From Schaalia odontolytica (GTDB lineage: Bacteria; Actinomycetota; Actinomycetes; Actinomycetales; Actinomycetaceae): a stretch of 32,000 nucleotides of DNA. This document shows, in pieces, positions 17,901 to 27,300 of this stretch. Every line of letters begins with the position of its first letter. The stretch's first letter is position 1. The notes beneath the pieces were generated by a model. It made no database searches, was not told where the DNA came from, and was given only the letters and a program-made list of their open reading frames with translations. The stretch lies in NCBI RefSeq assembly GCF_005696695.1, contig NZ_CP040006.1:1380001-1412000 (forward strand), written 5' to 3'. Both the position numbers and the translations under genes were made by a program.

Positions 17901-18511
17901 GGCCCCAGCTGGCGGTGAATCTCGTTCGTCAGGTCCAGGACGCGCACGAGGTTCGCGTCCATGTCGGCCAGCTTCTTGAGCGCGCGCTCCTTGCGCCGGC
18001 GATGCTTGAGGACGCCCGCGGCCTCTTCGATGAATCCGCGACGCTCCTCGGGCGTAGAGGACAGAATCGCGTCGAGCTGCCCCTGGCCGACGATGACGTG
18101 CATCTGACGGCCCATGCCCGTGTCGGAGAGGAGCTCCTGCACGTCCAGCAGCCTCGCCGGAGTGCCGTTAATGGAGTATTCGGAGCCGCCCCCACGGAAC
18201 AGGGTACGGCTGATCGTGACCTCGGAATACTCGATGTCGAGCAACCCGTCGGTGTTGTCAATCGTCAGGTCCACCTGGGCGCGCCCCAACGCCGCGCGCC
18301 CAGATGTCCCCGCGAAAATCACGTCCGCCATTTGCCCGCCGCGCAGCGCGCGGGCACCCTGCTCGCCCATGACCCAGGCGAGAGCGTCGACGACGTTGGA
18401 TTTACCCGACCCGTTGGGGCCGACGACGCACGTGATGCCCGGTTGGAGGGCGAGCGTGGTCGCACTGGCGAAGGACTTAAAGCCCCGCAGCGTCAGGTTT
18501 TTGAGGTACAC
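14936..18511 (-). CDS. smc: Chromosome segregation protein SMC
   Basis: 1191 aa. N-terminal MYLKNLTLRGFKSF...GPNGSGKSN, a long Ala/Arg/Glu coiled coil with a central hinge, and C-terminal LSGGERSL and FYVMDEVEAALD. Confidence 0.95.
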   Translation of the reverse strand: MYLKNLTLRGFKSFASATTLALQPGITCVVGPNGSGKSNVVDALAWVMGEQGARALRGGQMADVIFAGTSGRAALGRAQVDLTIDNTDGLLDIEYSEVTISRTLFRGGGSEYSINGTPARLLDVQELLSDTGMGRQMHVIVGQGQLDAILSSTPEERRGFIEEAAGVLKHRRRKERALKKLADMDANLVRVLDLTNEIHRQLGPLARQARVARRASLIQARVRDAKARLLADDLASALSKLSVLEASDESAAARRASLEEQIAAARAELARLEDAERASSPALEQASSDWQALTTITERLRGTLMAATQKVSLRATPELPPGGEDPDVLDERARIAGAEDAALAGQVEAARSALTSATRAREAAEDADDSASRELARVNRVIADHREKVARLTGDASTAASRLEAAIAEADRAWGAYRAAQERAEAAEKAVPASSVGSVDVAEGASSEEEASGGAARAHAEASARRDAARARVDELLGIEREARADRARWEARRDALEQLLAPEDGTAELLGRPGVLGQVAPLLHVTPGFEDAVAAALAPFADAVVVDSLARGLGELDAARAAGRSLRLVVASDSSGPSDGPAEGTIGAVRADLPEGATWLSDVVVCEGAAAPLASLLDGVVACSLEAAADVLDMPGVRAVVTSGGDVLRSWSVEGGRQASSVLSVRADYEEAYALAEAARARMAEVSEQLSEANAHLDRCIREANDALKALREEDAQRAKEAQELARAQSAAQAARAEAERAHDVARRADEQVTWAREQDVAARARLDGADTVGPPESLEDAQARADAASRAAREAREAENEARLSLRALEEQSRRAASRARSLRQAAAAEREERARYARREAARKTELATASDVEAAARVALEAAERALAQAAAERDRLSERRSQVSQEVSDARRALDRLSAELSEATASAHQGQIAAEQTRLRVEDLQRRALEELSLEPEQLLAEFGPQMLVPMLPLDPDQVEKAAAAEPSAYVRAEQERALAKAQKDLEKLGRVNPLALEEHEALASRHKFLVDQVQDLKASKADLLRIVQDVDRLVEEAFASAFAETREQFEHVFGVLFPGGQGDLVLTDPDDMLSTGIEIEARPAGKKVKRLSLLSGGERSLAAIAFLVAIFKARPSPFYVMDEVEAALDDMNLTRLLAIFKELQETSQLIVITHQKRTMEIADALYGVTMRDGVTTVVSQRFAD

Positions 18512-18531
18512 CCTTGCAGGTTAGCCGTGTC

Positions 18532-19002
18532 TCAGTAAATCTCCGGGAACCACAGGGAGATTTCGCGCGTTGCGTTGTCCACAGAGTCCGAGCCGTGGAT
18601 CAGGTTCTCCATGTGGGGGCTGTTCCACGCGCGACCCAGGTCGCCGCGGATCGTGCCCGCGGGGGCCGTCGTCGGGTCGGTCGAGCCCATGAGGACGCGC
18701 ATGCCCTCGACGACGCGCTGGCCTTCGACGATGATGGCGACGACCGGGCCGGAGCTCATGAACTCCAGGAGGCCCTCGAAGAAGGGCTTGTCCTTGTGGT
18801 CGGCGTAGTGCTCGGCGAGCAGCTCGCGGGAGGCGATCATGAGCTTGAGGCCCTTGATCGTGTAGCCCTTTGCCTCGATGCGGCGCAGGATCTCACCGGT
18901 CAGGCCGCGCGCGTAGCCGTCGGGCTTCACGACGATGAGGGTGTGCTCCAGGGTGGGGTCGAGAAGGTGCTGGGGCTCCAGCAGAACACTCTTAGCGCTC
19001 AC
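18532..19002 (-). CDS. ndk: Nucleoside-diphosphate kinase
   Basis: TLIVVKPDG, GLLEFMSSGPVVA, GSTDP, NLIHGSDS (active-site His). Start placed at GTG 19002, preceded by AAAGGAG. It overlaps the dhaM stop as GTGA. The ORF-track extension to 19275 overlaps dhaM and is rejected. Confidence 0.85.
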   Translation of the reverse strand: MSAKSVLLEPQHLLDPTLEHTLIVVKPDGYARGLTGEILRRIEAKGYTIKGLKLMIASRELLAEHYADHKDKPFFEGLLEFMSSGPVVAIIVEGQRVVEGMRVLMGSTDPTTAPAGTIRGDLGRAWNSPHMENLIHGSDSVDNATREISLWFPEIY

Positions 19003-19757
19003 GTTGTCTCCTTTGATTCTGGCGTTTGTGGTGTTGCGCTTTCCAGCATATCTGTCAGGGCCGCGACCGCCGCTGTGGCGTCTGCCCCATTGGCCTCGAT
19101 ATGGACGCTCTGACCTTGGGTAATACCCAGGGCCATGAGCTCCAGGACCGACCCACCGTCCGCCCCGTTGACGGTGACCTCGGCGTCGAAGGTGCCCGCC
19201 AGGCGCACGAAGGCGGCGGCGGGTCGCGCGTGCAGGCCGACGGGGTCTGCGACGACCGCATCCCCCTGCGCCCACGTCGACGAGGCCTGGGCCCCTCCCC
19301 CTGCCCCGCTGGGATTCGCGGGAGCGGGGCTGGGTGCCTCCTGGGCGGGCACGTCGTCCACGCGGGGGGCCAGGGCGGCTGCGACGTCGGCGACCTGGTC
19401 GAGGTCTTCGCCGAGCTGGGCCCGTACGGAGGAGGCGACGGCCCCTTCGACGAGGCAGGTGTCGACGAAGCGCACGCGTTCAGGCTCGTCGCTCATGTCG
19501 ATGACGGATTCGACGGTCATCGTGGCCGAGCCGAGGTCGGTCAGGATGATGACGCCGCTTCCCTCACCGTCCACGGCAGCAAGGGCGGCCTCGAGGGCCG
19601 TCTCCACGAGGTCGTAGGAGGTGCCGATGCGGCCATCGTCCGTGCCCCCGGCGGCCTCGAAGTGCACGTCGGGGGCCATCTGGGCGGCCAGCTCGCAGAC
19701 TCCGTTGGCCAGGGAGGCCGAGTGGGAGACGATGACGAAGGAGACGCGCACGCTCAT
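18999..19757 (-). CDS. dhaM: PTS-dependent dihydroxyacetone kinase phosphotransferase subunit DhaM (EIIA-Man-like + HPr-like domains)
   Basis: N-terminal VSFVIVSHSASLANG (EIIA-Man type), a Pro/Ala linker, and C-terminal HPr-like GLHARPAAAFV. Its 4-nt overlap with dhaL indicates an operon. Confidence 0.85.
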   Translation of the reverse strand: MSVRVSFVIVSHSASLANGVCELAAQMAPDVHFEAAGGTDDGRIGTSYDLVETALEAALAAVDGEGSGVIILTDLGSATMTVESVIDMSDEPERVRFVDTCLVEGAVASSVRAQLGEDLDQVADVAAALAPRVDDVPAQEAPSPAPANPSGAGGGAQASSTWAQGDAVVADPVGLHARPAAAFVRLAGTFDAEVTVNGADGGSVLELMALGITQGQSVHIEANGADATAAVAALTDMLESATPQTPESKETT

Positions 19758-20395
19758 GCCGCGCCGGCCTCGCCCGCTGCTCGCACGGCGGCGCGCAGGA
19801 TGAGGGAGGTGGACACAGCACCCGGGTCGAGGTGTCCGATGGAGCGTTCGCCCAGGTAGGAGGCGCGTCCCTTCGTGGCCCGCATGGGTTCCGTCGCTGC
19901 GGCTCCGGCCTCTGCGGCGGTGGCGGCGGCCTCAAGGACGGCCACGGGATCGCTACCGGCCTCGGCGGCCGCGCGGGCGGCCTCAAGGGCCGGCGTCCAC
20001 GCGTCCACCATGGTCTTTTCACCCGTGGTGGCCTTGCCTCGGGCCTGGATTCCGTCGAGCGCGCCCGCGATCACCGCTGCCACGCCCGCGCTGTCGAGCT
20101 CGCCGTCACCGGCGGCCTTCGATGCGCGCAGGAATGCCGTCCCGTACAGGGGCCCGGCGGCGCCGCCGACCGTGGACATGAGGGTCTTGGCGACCGTCTT
20201 GAGGACCTCGGCGATGCTGCCCGGCTGGGCTTGGCCGAGGGCCTCGACGGCGGCCTTGAATCCGCGGTCCATGTTTTCGCCGTGGTCGCCATCCCCGATG
20301 GCTCGGTCCAGGTCCACCAGGTAGTCGCGCTGCTCAGCGACCTGCGCCGCCGCCAGGTCGATCCACCGGCGTGCCCACGCTGCATCTAGGCTCAT
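19754..20395 (-). CDS. dhaL: Dihydroxyacetone kinase ADP-binding subunit DhaL
   Basis: 213 aa. Contains DLDRAIGDGDHGENM and GGAAGPLYGT motifs. AAGGAGAAAC lies upstream of the ATG. Confidence 0.9.
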   Translation of the reverse strand: MSLDAAWARRWIDLAAAQVAEQRDYLVDLDRAIGDGDHGENMDRGFKAAVEALGQAQPGSIAEVLKTVAKTLMSTVGGAAGPLYGTAFLRASKAAGDGELDSAGVAAVIAGALDGIQARGKATTGEKTMVDAWTPALEAARAAAEAGSDPVAVLEAAATAAEAGAAATEPMRATKGRASYLGERSIGHLDPGAVSTSLILRAAVRAAGEAGAA

Positions 20396-20423
20396 CGTGT
20401 TTCTCCTTGTCCTGCCTCGTTGC

Positions 20424-21416
20424 TTACTTCCAGGCGACCGTGTTCACGGGTGCGTCGAAGAGCTCGAGGAGCTCCTCGTCGGCGCGCATGAGGGTCACGG
20501 AGACGCCGGGCATCTCCAGGCTGGTGACGTAGTTGCCGACCATCTGGCGGGCGATCTCGATGCCATCCTTCTTGAGGAGGGCGGCAAGGGCGCGGAAGCA
20601 GATGTAGAGCTCGGAGACGGGGGTTCCGCCCATGCCGTTGACGAGGGCCACGACGCGCTGGCCTTCGGTGAGGCCGAGGTCTTCGCGCACGCGCTCGTAG
20701 AGTTCGGCAACGAGGCTGTCGGCGGTCTCCATGGCACCGCGGCGGTATCCGGGTTCGCCGTGGATGCCGATACCCAGCTCAATCTCGTCCTCGCCCAGGT
20801 CGAAGGAGGGCTTGCCGGCGTGGGGCACGGTGCAGGGGCCCAGGGCCAGGCCCATGGAACGGGTCTGGTCGTTGACCTTGGTCGCGATGCGGGTGACTTC
20901 CTCGAGGGAGTCGCCGCGCTCGGCGGCCGCGCCCGCGATCTTCTCCACGAAGATCGTTCCGGCGACGCCGCGACGCCCCGCCGTGTAGAGGGAGTCCTCG
21001 ACGGCGACATCATCATTGACGACGACCGACGAGACCTTGATGTCCTCCATGTCGGCCAGCTCGGCAGCGGTCTCAAAGTTGAGGACGTCGCCCGTGTAGT
21101 TCTTGACGATATGCAGGACACCCGCGCCGTGGTCGGCAGCCTTCGTGGCCTCCAGGATCGGGTCGGGGGTGGGCGAGGTGAAGACCGCGCCGGGCACGGC
21201 CGCATCCAGCATGCCTTCACCGACGAAGCCCGCGTGCAGGGGCTCGTGTCCGGATCCACCACCGGAGACGAGGCCGACCTTGCCCTCAGCCTTGGGGGCG
21301 TGACGGGTCACGAAGTCGGGCGAGTAATGGACATCGACGAGGTCGGGGTGGGCCAGGGCGAAACCTTCGAGGGTTTCGCGGACGACGGCGTGGACGTCAT
21401 TGACGAGCTTCTTCAT
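20424..21416 (-). CDS. dhaK: Dihydroxyacetone kinase substrate-binding subunit DhaK
   Basis: MKKLVNDV..., SGGGSGHEP, NYTGDVLNF, GIHGEPG. Start trimmed to the ATG at 21416, which is preceded by AAGGAGG. Confidence 0.9.
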   Translation of the reverse strand: MKKLVNDVHAVVRETLEGFALAHPDLVDVHYSPDFVTRHAPKAEGKVGLVSGGGSGHEPLHAGFVGEGMLDAAVPGAVFTSPTPDPILEATKAADHGAGVLHIVKNYTGDVLNFETAAELADMEDIKVSSVVVNDDVAVEDSLYTAGRRGVAGTIFVEKIAGAAAERGDSLEEVTRIATKVNDQTRSMGLALGPCTVPHAGKPSFDLGEDEIELGIGIHGEPGYRRGAMETADSLVAELYERVREDLGLTEGQRVVALVNGMGGTPVSELYICFRALAALLKKDGIEIARQMVGNYVTSLEMPGVSVTLMRADEELLELFDAPVNTVAWK

Positions 21417-21489
21417 GATGCCTCCTTGCACATTGCTCATCTGTACTTGTACGCGTGATCAATCGTGCCACCTTTGAGCACGAAATCCC

Positions 21490-21525
21490 AACCGTGGCGG
21501 CCGCCACGATGCGGCCGCTCTGGTT
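21490..21525 (-). terminator. Hairpin downstream of folC (possible terminator)
   Basis: Minus-strand AACC-AGA-GCGGCCGC-aucgug-GCGGCCGC-CAC-GGUU, followed by GGGAUUUCG. The stem has internal mismatches. Confidence 0.4.
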
Positions 21526-21535
21526 GGGTTCCATC

Positions 21536-23206
21536 CTAGCGGGGGCTGTGACCGGCGAGGGCCAGCATTTCCCCGGCCAGCATGACCGAGCCAAACACGA
21601 GAACTCCGCTGCGATCCGCAGGCTCAGCCCCGGCCTCGGCGATCTCGGCTGCACGATCGACCGCGTCAGCCAGCGACTCGCGCACGTCTACCCGGTCAGG
21701 ACCGAAGACCTCCTCGGCAATCTCGGCCAGGCGCGCGATGTCAGCCGCGCGTTCGCCCGGCATCTGCGTGACGACGAGGTGATCGATGAAGGGTTCGACC
21801 TCGGACAGGACGCCCTCGACGTCCTTGTCCCCCATCGCCGCGTACACGCCCGCGATGCGCGCGAACCCAAAGGAGGATTCCACGGCCTCGCGCAGGGTGG
21901 CCGCACCCGCGGGGTTGTGCGCGGCGTCCACGATGATCGTGGGCGAATGACGCACGACCTGCATGCGTCCCGGGCTGGAGGCGTTCATGAGGCCCTGCTC
22001 GACGATGCGACCGTCCAGGCCGCGCCCACCCATGAAAGCCTCGACGGCGACGAGGGCCGCCGCCGCGTTGTGGGCCTGATACTGCCCGAACAGCGGGACG
22101 AACACGTCCTCGTAGACCGCGGAAGGCGTGCGGATCGTGACCATCTGGCCGCCGACCCCCATCTGACGATCCACGACCTCGAAGTCACGGCCCTCGACGC
22201 GGGCGATCGCGTCAACGGAGCGCGCCTGCTCGAGCAGGATGTCGAGGACTTCCTCCTCCTGAGCCATGATGACGACGACCTGGCCTGGCTTAATGATGCC
22301 CGCCTTTTCGCGCGCGATCTCCTCGATCGTGGAGCCGAGCCACTTCGTGTGATCCAGGGCGATCGGCGTGATGACGGAGACGCCGGAGTCGATGACGTTC
22401 GTGGCGTCCCAGCGCCCGCCCATGCCGACCTCGACGACGGCGGCGTCGACCGGGTAGTCGGCGAAGGCCGCGTACGCCATGATCGTGAACACCTCGAAGA
22501 AGGACAGCCGGGGGCCGCCCTCCTGCGAGCTGCGCTCGTCCACCATGCCGACGTAGGGCTCGATGTCCTCCCATGCGCGCACGAAGCCCTCGCGCGTGAT
22601 CGGGTGGCCCTCCAGCGAGATGCGCTCGCGCACGTCGAGCAGATGCGGGCTCGTGAAGCGGCCCGTCTTCATGCCGAAAGCCGTGAGGAGCGAATCGATC
22701 ATGCGCGACGTGGAGGTCTTGCCGTTCGTGCCCGTGATGTGGATCGACGGGTAGGAGTTCTGCGGGTCGCCCAGGATGTCCAAGGCGAGCTTCATGCGAT
22801 CGAGCGTGGGGTCGATGTCGTGCTCGGGTGCGCGCGCGACGATGGACTGGTAGATCTCCTGCACGCGGGCATCCAGGGCGACGTCCTGCTCAGCCTTCGC
22901 GAGTGCGGCCTCGTGGGAGGCGCGCTCGTCGCGTGCCTCGGCGGCATCGTCGGCGAAGTCCTCGTCCACCTCGCCCTCGATCTCGGCGAGGACGGAGGGG
23001 TCGGGGCCCAGCAGCAGCGAGTGTTCGACGAGTGCGCGCAGCGCGGCCTCGCGTTCGCTCTCCTCGGCCTGAGGGTCGGTGCCCTCCCCCGCCTCGGTGT
23101 CCTCGACCTCGTCGGCCGCTTCCAGGTACGGGATCAGGTCGGCCGGGATGCCGCCCTGCTGATCCTCGTGGGTGGGGTCTTGCCCGAAGAACGATTCGCC
23201 TGCCAT
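21536..23206 (-). CDS. folC: Folylpolyglutamate synthase / dihydrofolate synthase with a long acidic N-terminal extension
   Basis: The Mur-ligase P-loop ITGTNGKTS sits at about aa 157-165. Also TSPHLLDVRERI and VEVGMGGRWDATNV. GGAGGA lies 4 nt upstream of the ATG at 23206. Confidence 0.85.
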   Translation of the reverse strand: MAGESFFGQDPTHEDQQGGIPADLIPYLEAADEVEDTEAGEGTDPQAEESEREAALRALVEHSLLLGPDPSVLAEIEGEVDEDFADDAAEARDERASHEAALAKAEQDVALDARVQEIYQSIVARAPEHDIDPTLDRMKLALDILGDPQNSYPSIHITGTNGKTSTSRMIDSLLTAFGMKTGRFTSPHLLDVRERISLEGHPITREGFVRAWEDIEPYVGMVDERSSQEGGPRLSFFEVFTIMAYAAFADYPVDAAVVEVGMGGRWDATNVIDSGVSVITPIALDHTKWLGSTIEEIAREKAGIIKPGQVVVIMAQEEEVLDILLEQARSVDAIARVEGRDFEVVDRQMGVGGQMVTIRTPSAVYEDVFVPLFGQYQAHNAAAALVAVEAFMGGRGLDGRIVEQGLMNASSPGRMQVVRHSPTIIVDAAHNPAGAATLREAVESSFGFARIAGVYAAMGDKDVEGVLSEVEPFIDHLVVTQMPGERAADIARLAEIAEEVFGPDRVDVRESLADAVDRAAEIAEAGAEPADRSGVLVFGSVMLAGEMLALAGHSPR

Positions 23207-23437
23207 GTTTCCTCCGCTGCTCGCAGTGTCTTCGCTATTTTACCGGGCCGGGCGCGGCGGGCGGCTTGTTTCGCCGGTCACGGCGCGTTGTCGCGCACAG
23301 TCCGCGCGTCGTCATCGACGAGGCCGGGGCGGGGTTCCCCGAACCCCCACATTCGCCGCGGCGAGCCCGTCGTCACCGCGCCGGCGCAGACAGATAGGAT
23401 GAAAGCCTTCACGATGATCTATTTCAGGAGGCGACAC

Positions 23438-23599
23438 GTGGGTAAGTGGTTTGGTCAAGCCAGCGAAATCGAAGAGCTGAGCGCCGTCGAACTCCAGATG
23501 ATCGCCGAGGGCAGGGTCCTCAACGCCGTCAAGGCCTACCGGGATCGCACCAGCGTCGGCCTGAAGACGGCAAAGGCGGCAATCGACGCGGCCCGCTGA
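23438..23599 (+). CDS. 53-aa protein resembling the ribosomal protein L7/L12 C-terminal domain
   Basis: GTG at 23438 is preceded by CAGGAGG. The sequence ...VLNAVKAYRDRTSVGLKTAKAAIDAAR parallels the L7/L12 CTD pattern (K.I.VIK.VR..TGLGLKEAK.LV). It is the only part of the 21455-23599 antisense ORF that looks coding. Confidence 0.5.
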   Translation: MGKWFGQASEIEELSAVELQMIAEGRVLNAVKAYRDRTSVGLKTAKAAIDAAR

Positions 23600-23672
23600 T
23601 CACCCGGGTATCTTTGATAAGATGCCGCACACAGCGCGGCATCGCGCATCGTGTCAACGCGAAGGAATCGAC

Positions 23673-24161
23673 ATGCTACTCGTTGGTCAACACGAGGAAG
23701 ATGGCTGGATTCGCTCCACCTTTAACCTGACCTACCGCGTCGCGTGGGAGCAACTACTGCTTGCCGTATACGGGGCTTACCGGTATTTTTCCGATCCCGA
23801 GGTTCTGGTGGACGGCGAGCCCGTCGACATCGCCGACCCCACGGATATCCTCTCTATCGCCGAGGACCGCAACATCATGCTGCGGGGCATCTCGACGGTC
23901 ATCACCGCGCCCCTGATGATCACCTTCTACAACCAGGTGCATTTCGTCAACGTGTCCGTGGGTGCCGTCAACGACGAGTTCCGCGACACCGACTACGAGA
24001 AGTTCAACAAGTCGATGTGCCAGCTCATGGACTCCATGGAGATCATGATGCACATGCCCGCACCCACCGTCGAGGAAAAGTCCTCCGGTGAGGACAGCGG
24101 CGCCGGCGAGGCCCAGCCCAGCGCGGCGGCAGAACCCGCAATCCCCCCGCCGCCCGCCTGA
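23673..24161 (+). CDS. Hypothetical protein (162 aa) with an acidic/Pro-rich tail
   Basis: ATG at 23673 is preceded by GAAGGA. Codon usage matches the host and a hairpin follows it. No motif I recognise. Confidence 0.5.
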   Translation: MLLVGQHEEDGWIRSTFNLTYRVAWEQLLLAVYGAYRYFSDPEVLVDGEPVDIADPTDILSIAEDRNIMLRGISTVITAPLMITFYNQVHFVNVSVGAVNDEFRDTDYEKFNKSMCQLMDSMEIMMHMPAPTVEEKSSGEDSGAGEAQPSAAAEPAIPPPPA

Positions 24162-24185
24162 TCCTCAGGAGCTCATGCTGTTGAT

Positions 24186-24216
24186 ACTCGCCCTGTCGCC
24201 GCGCGACAGGGCGAGT
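24186..24216 (+). terminator. 13-bp perfect hairpin after the hypothetical gene
   Basis: ACTCGCCCTGTCG-ccgcg-CGACAGGGCGAGT. The downstream T-tract is poor (ACTTGTGT). Confidence 0.5.
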
Positions 24217-24258
24217 ACTTGTGTCGCCCCGCAACGCGATCGCACCCCTCTACGCAGG

Positions 24259-24290
24259 CGGGCGGGCCGCGCTTTCGCGCAGCCCGCCCG
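24259..24290 (-). terminator. GC-rich hairpin just downstream of the ileS stop
   Basis: CGGGCGGGC pairs with GCCCGCCCG, with an inner GCGC-tttc-GCGC. There is no U-tract. Confidence 0.4.
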
Positions 24291-24305
24291 TCTCAGCAAC
24301 AGCAC

Positions 24306-27300
24306 TCAGTGCTTGGCGACGCTCACCGCGAGCTTGTCGCCGGCCTCGACCTCAAGCGACAGAGCAAGGGTCTCGGCGGCGATCATGTCGCGCCAGGTCT
24401 CCACGTCGGCCACGTGATCGGAAGGCACCGTCAGCGACAGGTCGATGCGGTCCGCGATGTGCAGGCCGGCGTTCTTACGCTCGTCCTGAACGGCACGCAC
24501 GACGTCGCGGGCGTAGCCCTCGGCCTCGAGCTCGGGGGTCAGCTCCGTATCGAGCACGACGAAGGTGCCCGACGCCAGAACGTCCGCGACCTGGCCCTCG
24601 GCGGCGTCCACGGAGGTGGACACGGAGAACATGTCGCCCGTGAGCACCAGCGGCGCCCCATCCAGCTCGACGGAGGCGAAACGGCACTCGCCGTCCACGA
24701 CCTCCCACTCACCGGACTTCTGAGCCTTGAACAGCTGGCTCGTCAGCTTACGGACAGCCGGATCGAAGGCGCGCGGGTTCAGCGCCAGCTCGGTGCGGAC
24801 GCTCAGGCCCGAGTCCTGCGGTGCAGAGAACACCACAGACTTCACGTTCACCTCGGAGGCGATCAGGTCCGCGAAGGGCTCCAGTGCAGCGAAGTTCTCC
24901 GACACGACCAGCAGCGAGGCCAGCGGCTGGCGCACGCGCAGCTGATGCGTCTTGCGCAGCGCGTGGGCTGCCGACACGATCGAACGAACCTCGTCCATCG
25001 CGGCGACCAGCTCGGGGGCGTCCACGGCCTCGTCAATGACGGGGAAGTCAACGAGGTGCACGGACTCGCCACCCGTCAGGCCGCGCCAGATCTCCTCGCT
25101 CAGCAGCGGCAGCAGGGGCGCCGCCAGCTCCATGAGCGTCACGAGAGCCGTGTACAGCGTGTCGAACGCGGCGCCGTCCTCGTCCCAGAAGCGCTGACGC
25201 TGGGTACGCACGTACCAGTTCGTCAGAACATCCAGGAAGTCGCGGATCGCCTCGCACGCGCCGGCCACGTCGTAGCCGTCGAGCGCGCCGCGCACATCCT
25301 CGGCGAGGGTGCGGGTGTGAGCCAGCAGGTAGCGATCCATCTGCGCCAGCGCGGCCACGGCCTCGGGCGAAGACAGATCGATGCGCTTGGCCTCGTAACC
25401 CTCGCCCTTGTTGCACGCACCCGCGTACAGCGTGAAGAAGTAGTACGTGTTCCAGATGGGCAGCAGCACCTGACGGACGGTGTCGCGGATCGACTCCTCC
25501 TTGACGATCAGGTTGCCGCCGCGCACGACCGGGCTCGACATGAGGAACCAACGCATCGCGTCGGAACCGTACTTGTTGAACACCTCGGCCACGTCCGGAT
25601 AGTTACGCAGCGACTTACTCATCTTCAGGCCGTCGTCGCCCAGGACGATGCCGTGGGAAACGCAGGAGCGGAACGCCGGGCGATCGAAGAGCGCGGTCGC
25701 CAGGACGTGCAGCGTGTAGAACCAGCCGCGCGTCTGACCGATGTACTCGACGATGAAGTCGCCCGGGTAGTGGTTCTCGAACCACTCCTGGTTCTCAAAC
25801 GGGTAGTGCACCTGCGCGAAGGGCATCGAGCCGGACTCGAACCAGCAGTCGAACACGTCGGAGATGCGACGCATCGTCGACTTGCCCGTCGGGTCGTCCG
25901 GGTTCGGGCGCGTCAGGGAGTCGATGAAGGGACGGTGGAAGTCCGTGACCTTCACGCCGAAGTCGGCCTCGAGCTCCGCGATGGAGCCGTAGACGTCGGT
26001 GCGCGGGTAGGCCGGATCGTCCGAGACCCACACGGGAATCGGCGCGCCCCAGAAGCGGTTACGCGAGATCGACCAGTCGCGGGCACCCTCCAGCCACTTG
26101 CCGAAGATGCCGTCCTTGGTGTGCGCGGGGGTCCAGGTGATCTCCTGGTTGAGCTCCACCATGCGGTCGCGGATCTCGGTGACGCGGACGAACCACGAGG
26201 ACACGGCCTTGTACATGAGGGGCTTGCGGCAGCGCCAGCAGTGCGGGTACGAGTGCACGTAGGACTTCTCGCGCACCAGCACGGCGCGGATCGCGGGGGC
26301 ACGGCGCGCGATCGGGCCACCCTGCTCGCGCAGGTCGGCGACCACGTAGCGGTTCGCGTCGAAGATCTGCATGCCCTCGTAGTCGCTCACCTCGGAGGTG
26401 AAGACGCCGCCCTCGTCGACGGGCAGAACGACGCCGATGCCGTACTCCATGCACGTCCACATGTCGTCCTCACCGAAGGCGGGGGCCTGGTGGACGAGGC
26501 CGGTGCCGTCCGTGGTCGTCACGTAGTCAGCGGCGATGATCGACCAGCCGTTGGGGCCGGGGGCAGCGCCTTCAGCGCGGCGCTCGGGGGTGTCGAAGTA
26601 GTCGTAGATCGGGTGGTAGTGGATGCCCACCAGCTCCGAGCCCTTGTAGGTGGCCACGACGGTGGGTTCCTCGCCGAGCTCCTTGGCGTAGGCGGGGATC
26701 AGGTCGGTGGCGATGAGGACGCGCTCGCCCGCGAGGACACCCTCGTGGTCGGCGGCAACCTCGACGAGGGAGTATTCGATCTCCGGGCCCACGGCGACGG
26801 CCGAGTTCGAGGGCAGCGTCCAGGGCGTGGTCGTCCAGATGAGGGCCAGCTCGGGGCGCGCCGAGTCTTCGCGCAGCTTCGTCTCGAGGCGCAGGCCCAC
26901 CGTCACCGTGTTGTCGGTGCGGTCCTGGTACACATCGTCGTCCATCTTGAGCTCGTGATTGCTCAGAGGCGTGCGGTCGTTCCAGCAGTAGGGCAGGACG
27001 CGGTGGCCCTGGTAGGCCAGGCCCTTGTCGTAGAGCTGCTTGAACGCCCAGATCACGGACTCGGTGTAGGACATGTCGAGCGTCTTGTAGTCGTGCTCGA
27101 AGTCCACCCAGCGGGCCTGGCGGGTGACGTACTCTTCCCATTCCTTCGTGTAGCGCAGGACGGAAGAGCGGCAGGCGGCGTTGAACGCCTCGATGCCGAC
27201 GCCACCCTCACGGGTGATCTCGGTGACGTCCTCGATGCCGAGCTGGCGCTGAGCCTCGAGCTCGGCGGGCAGGCCGTGCGTGTCCCAGCCGAAGCGGCGC

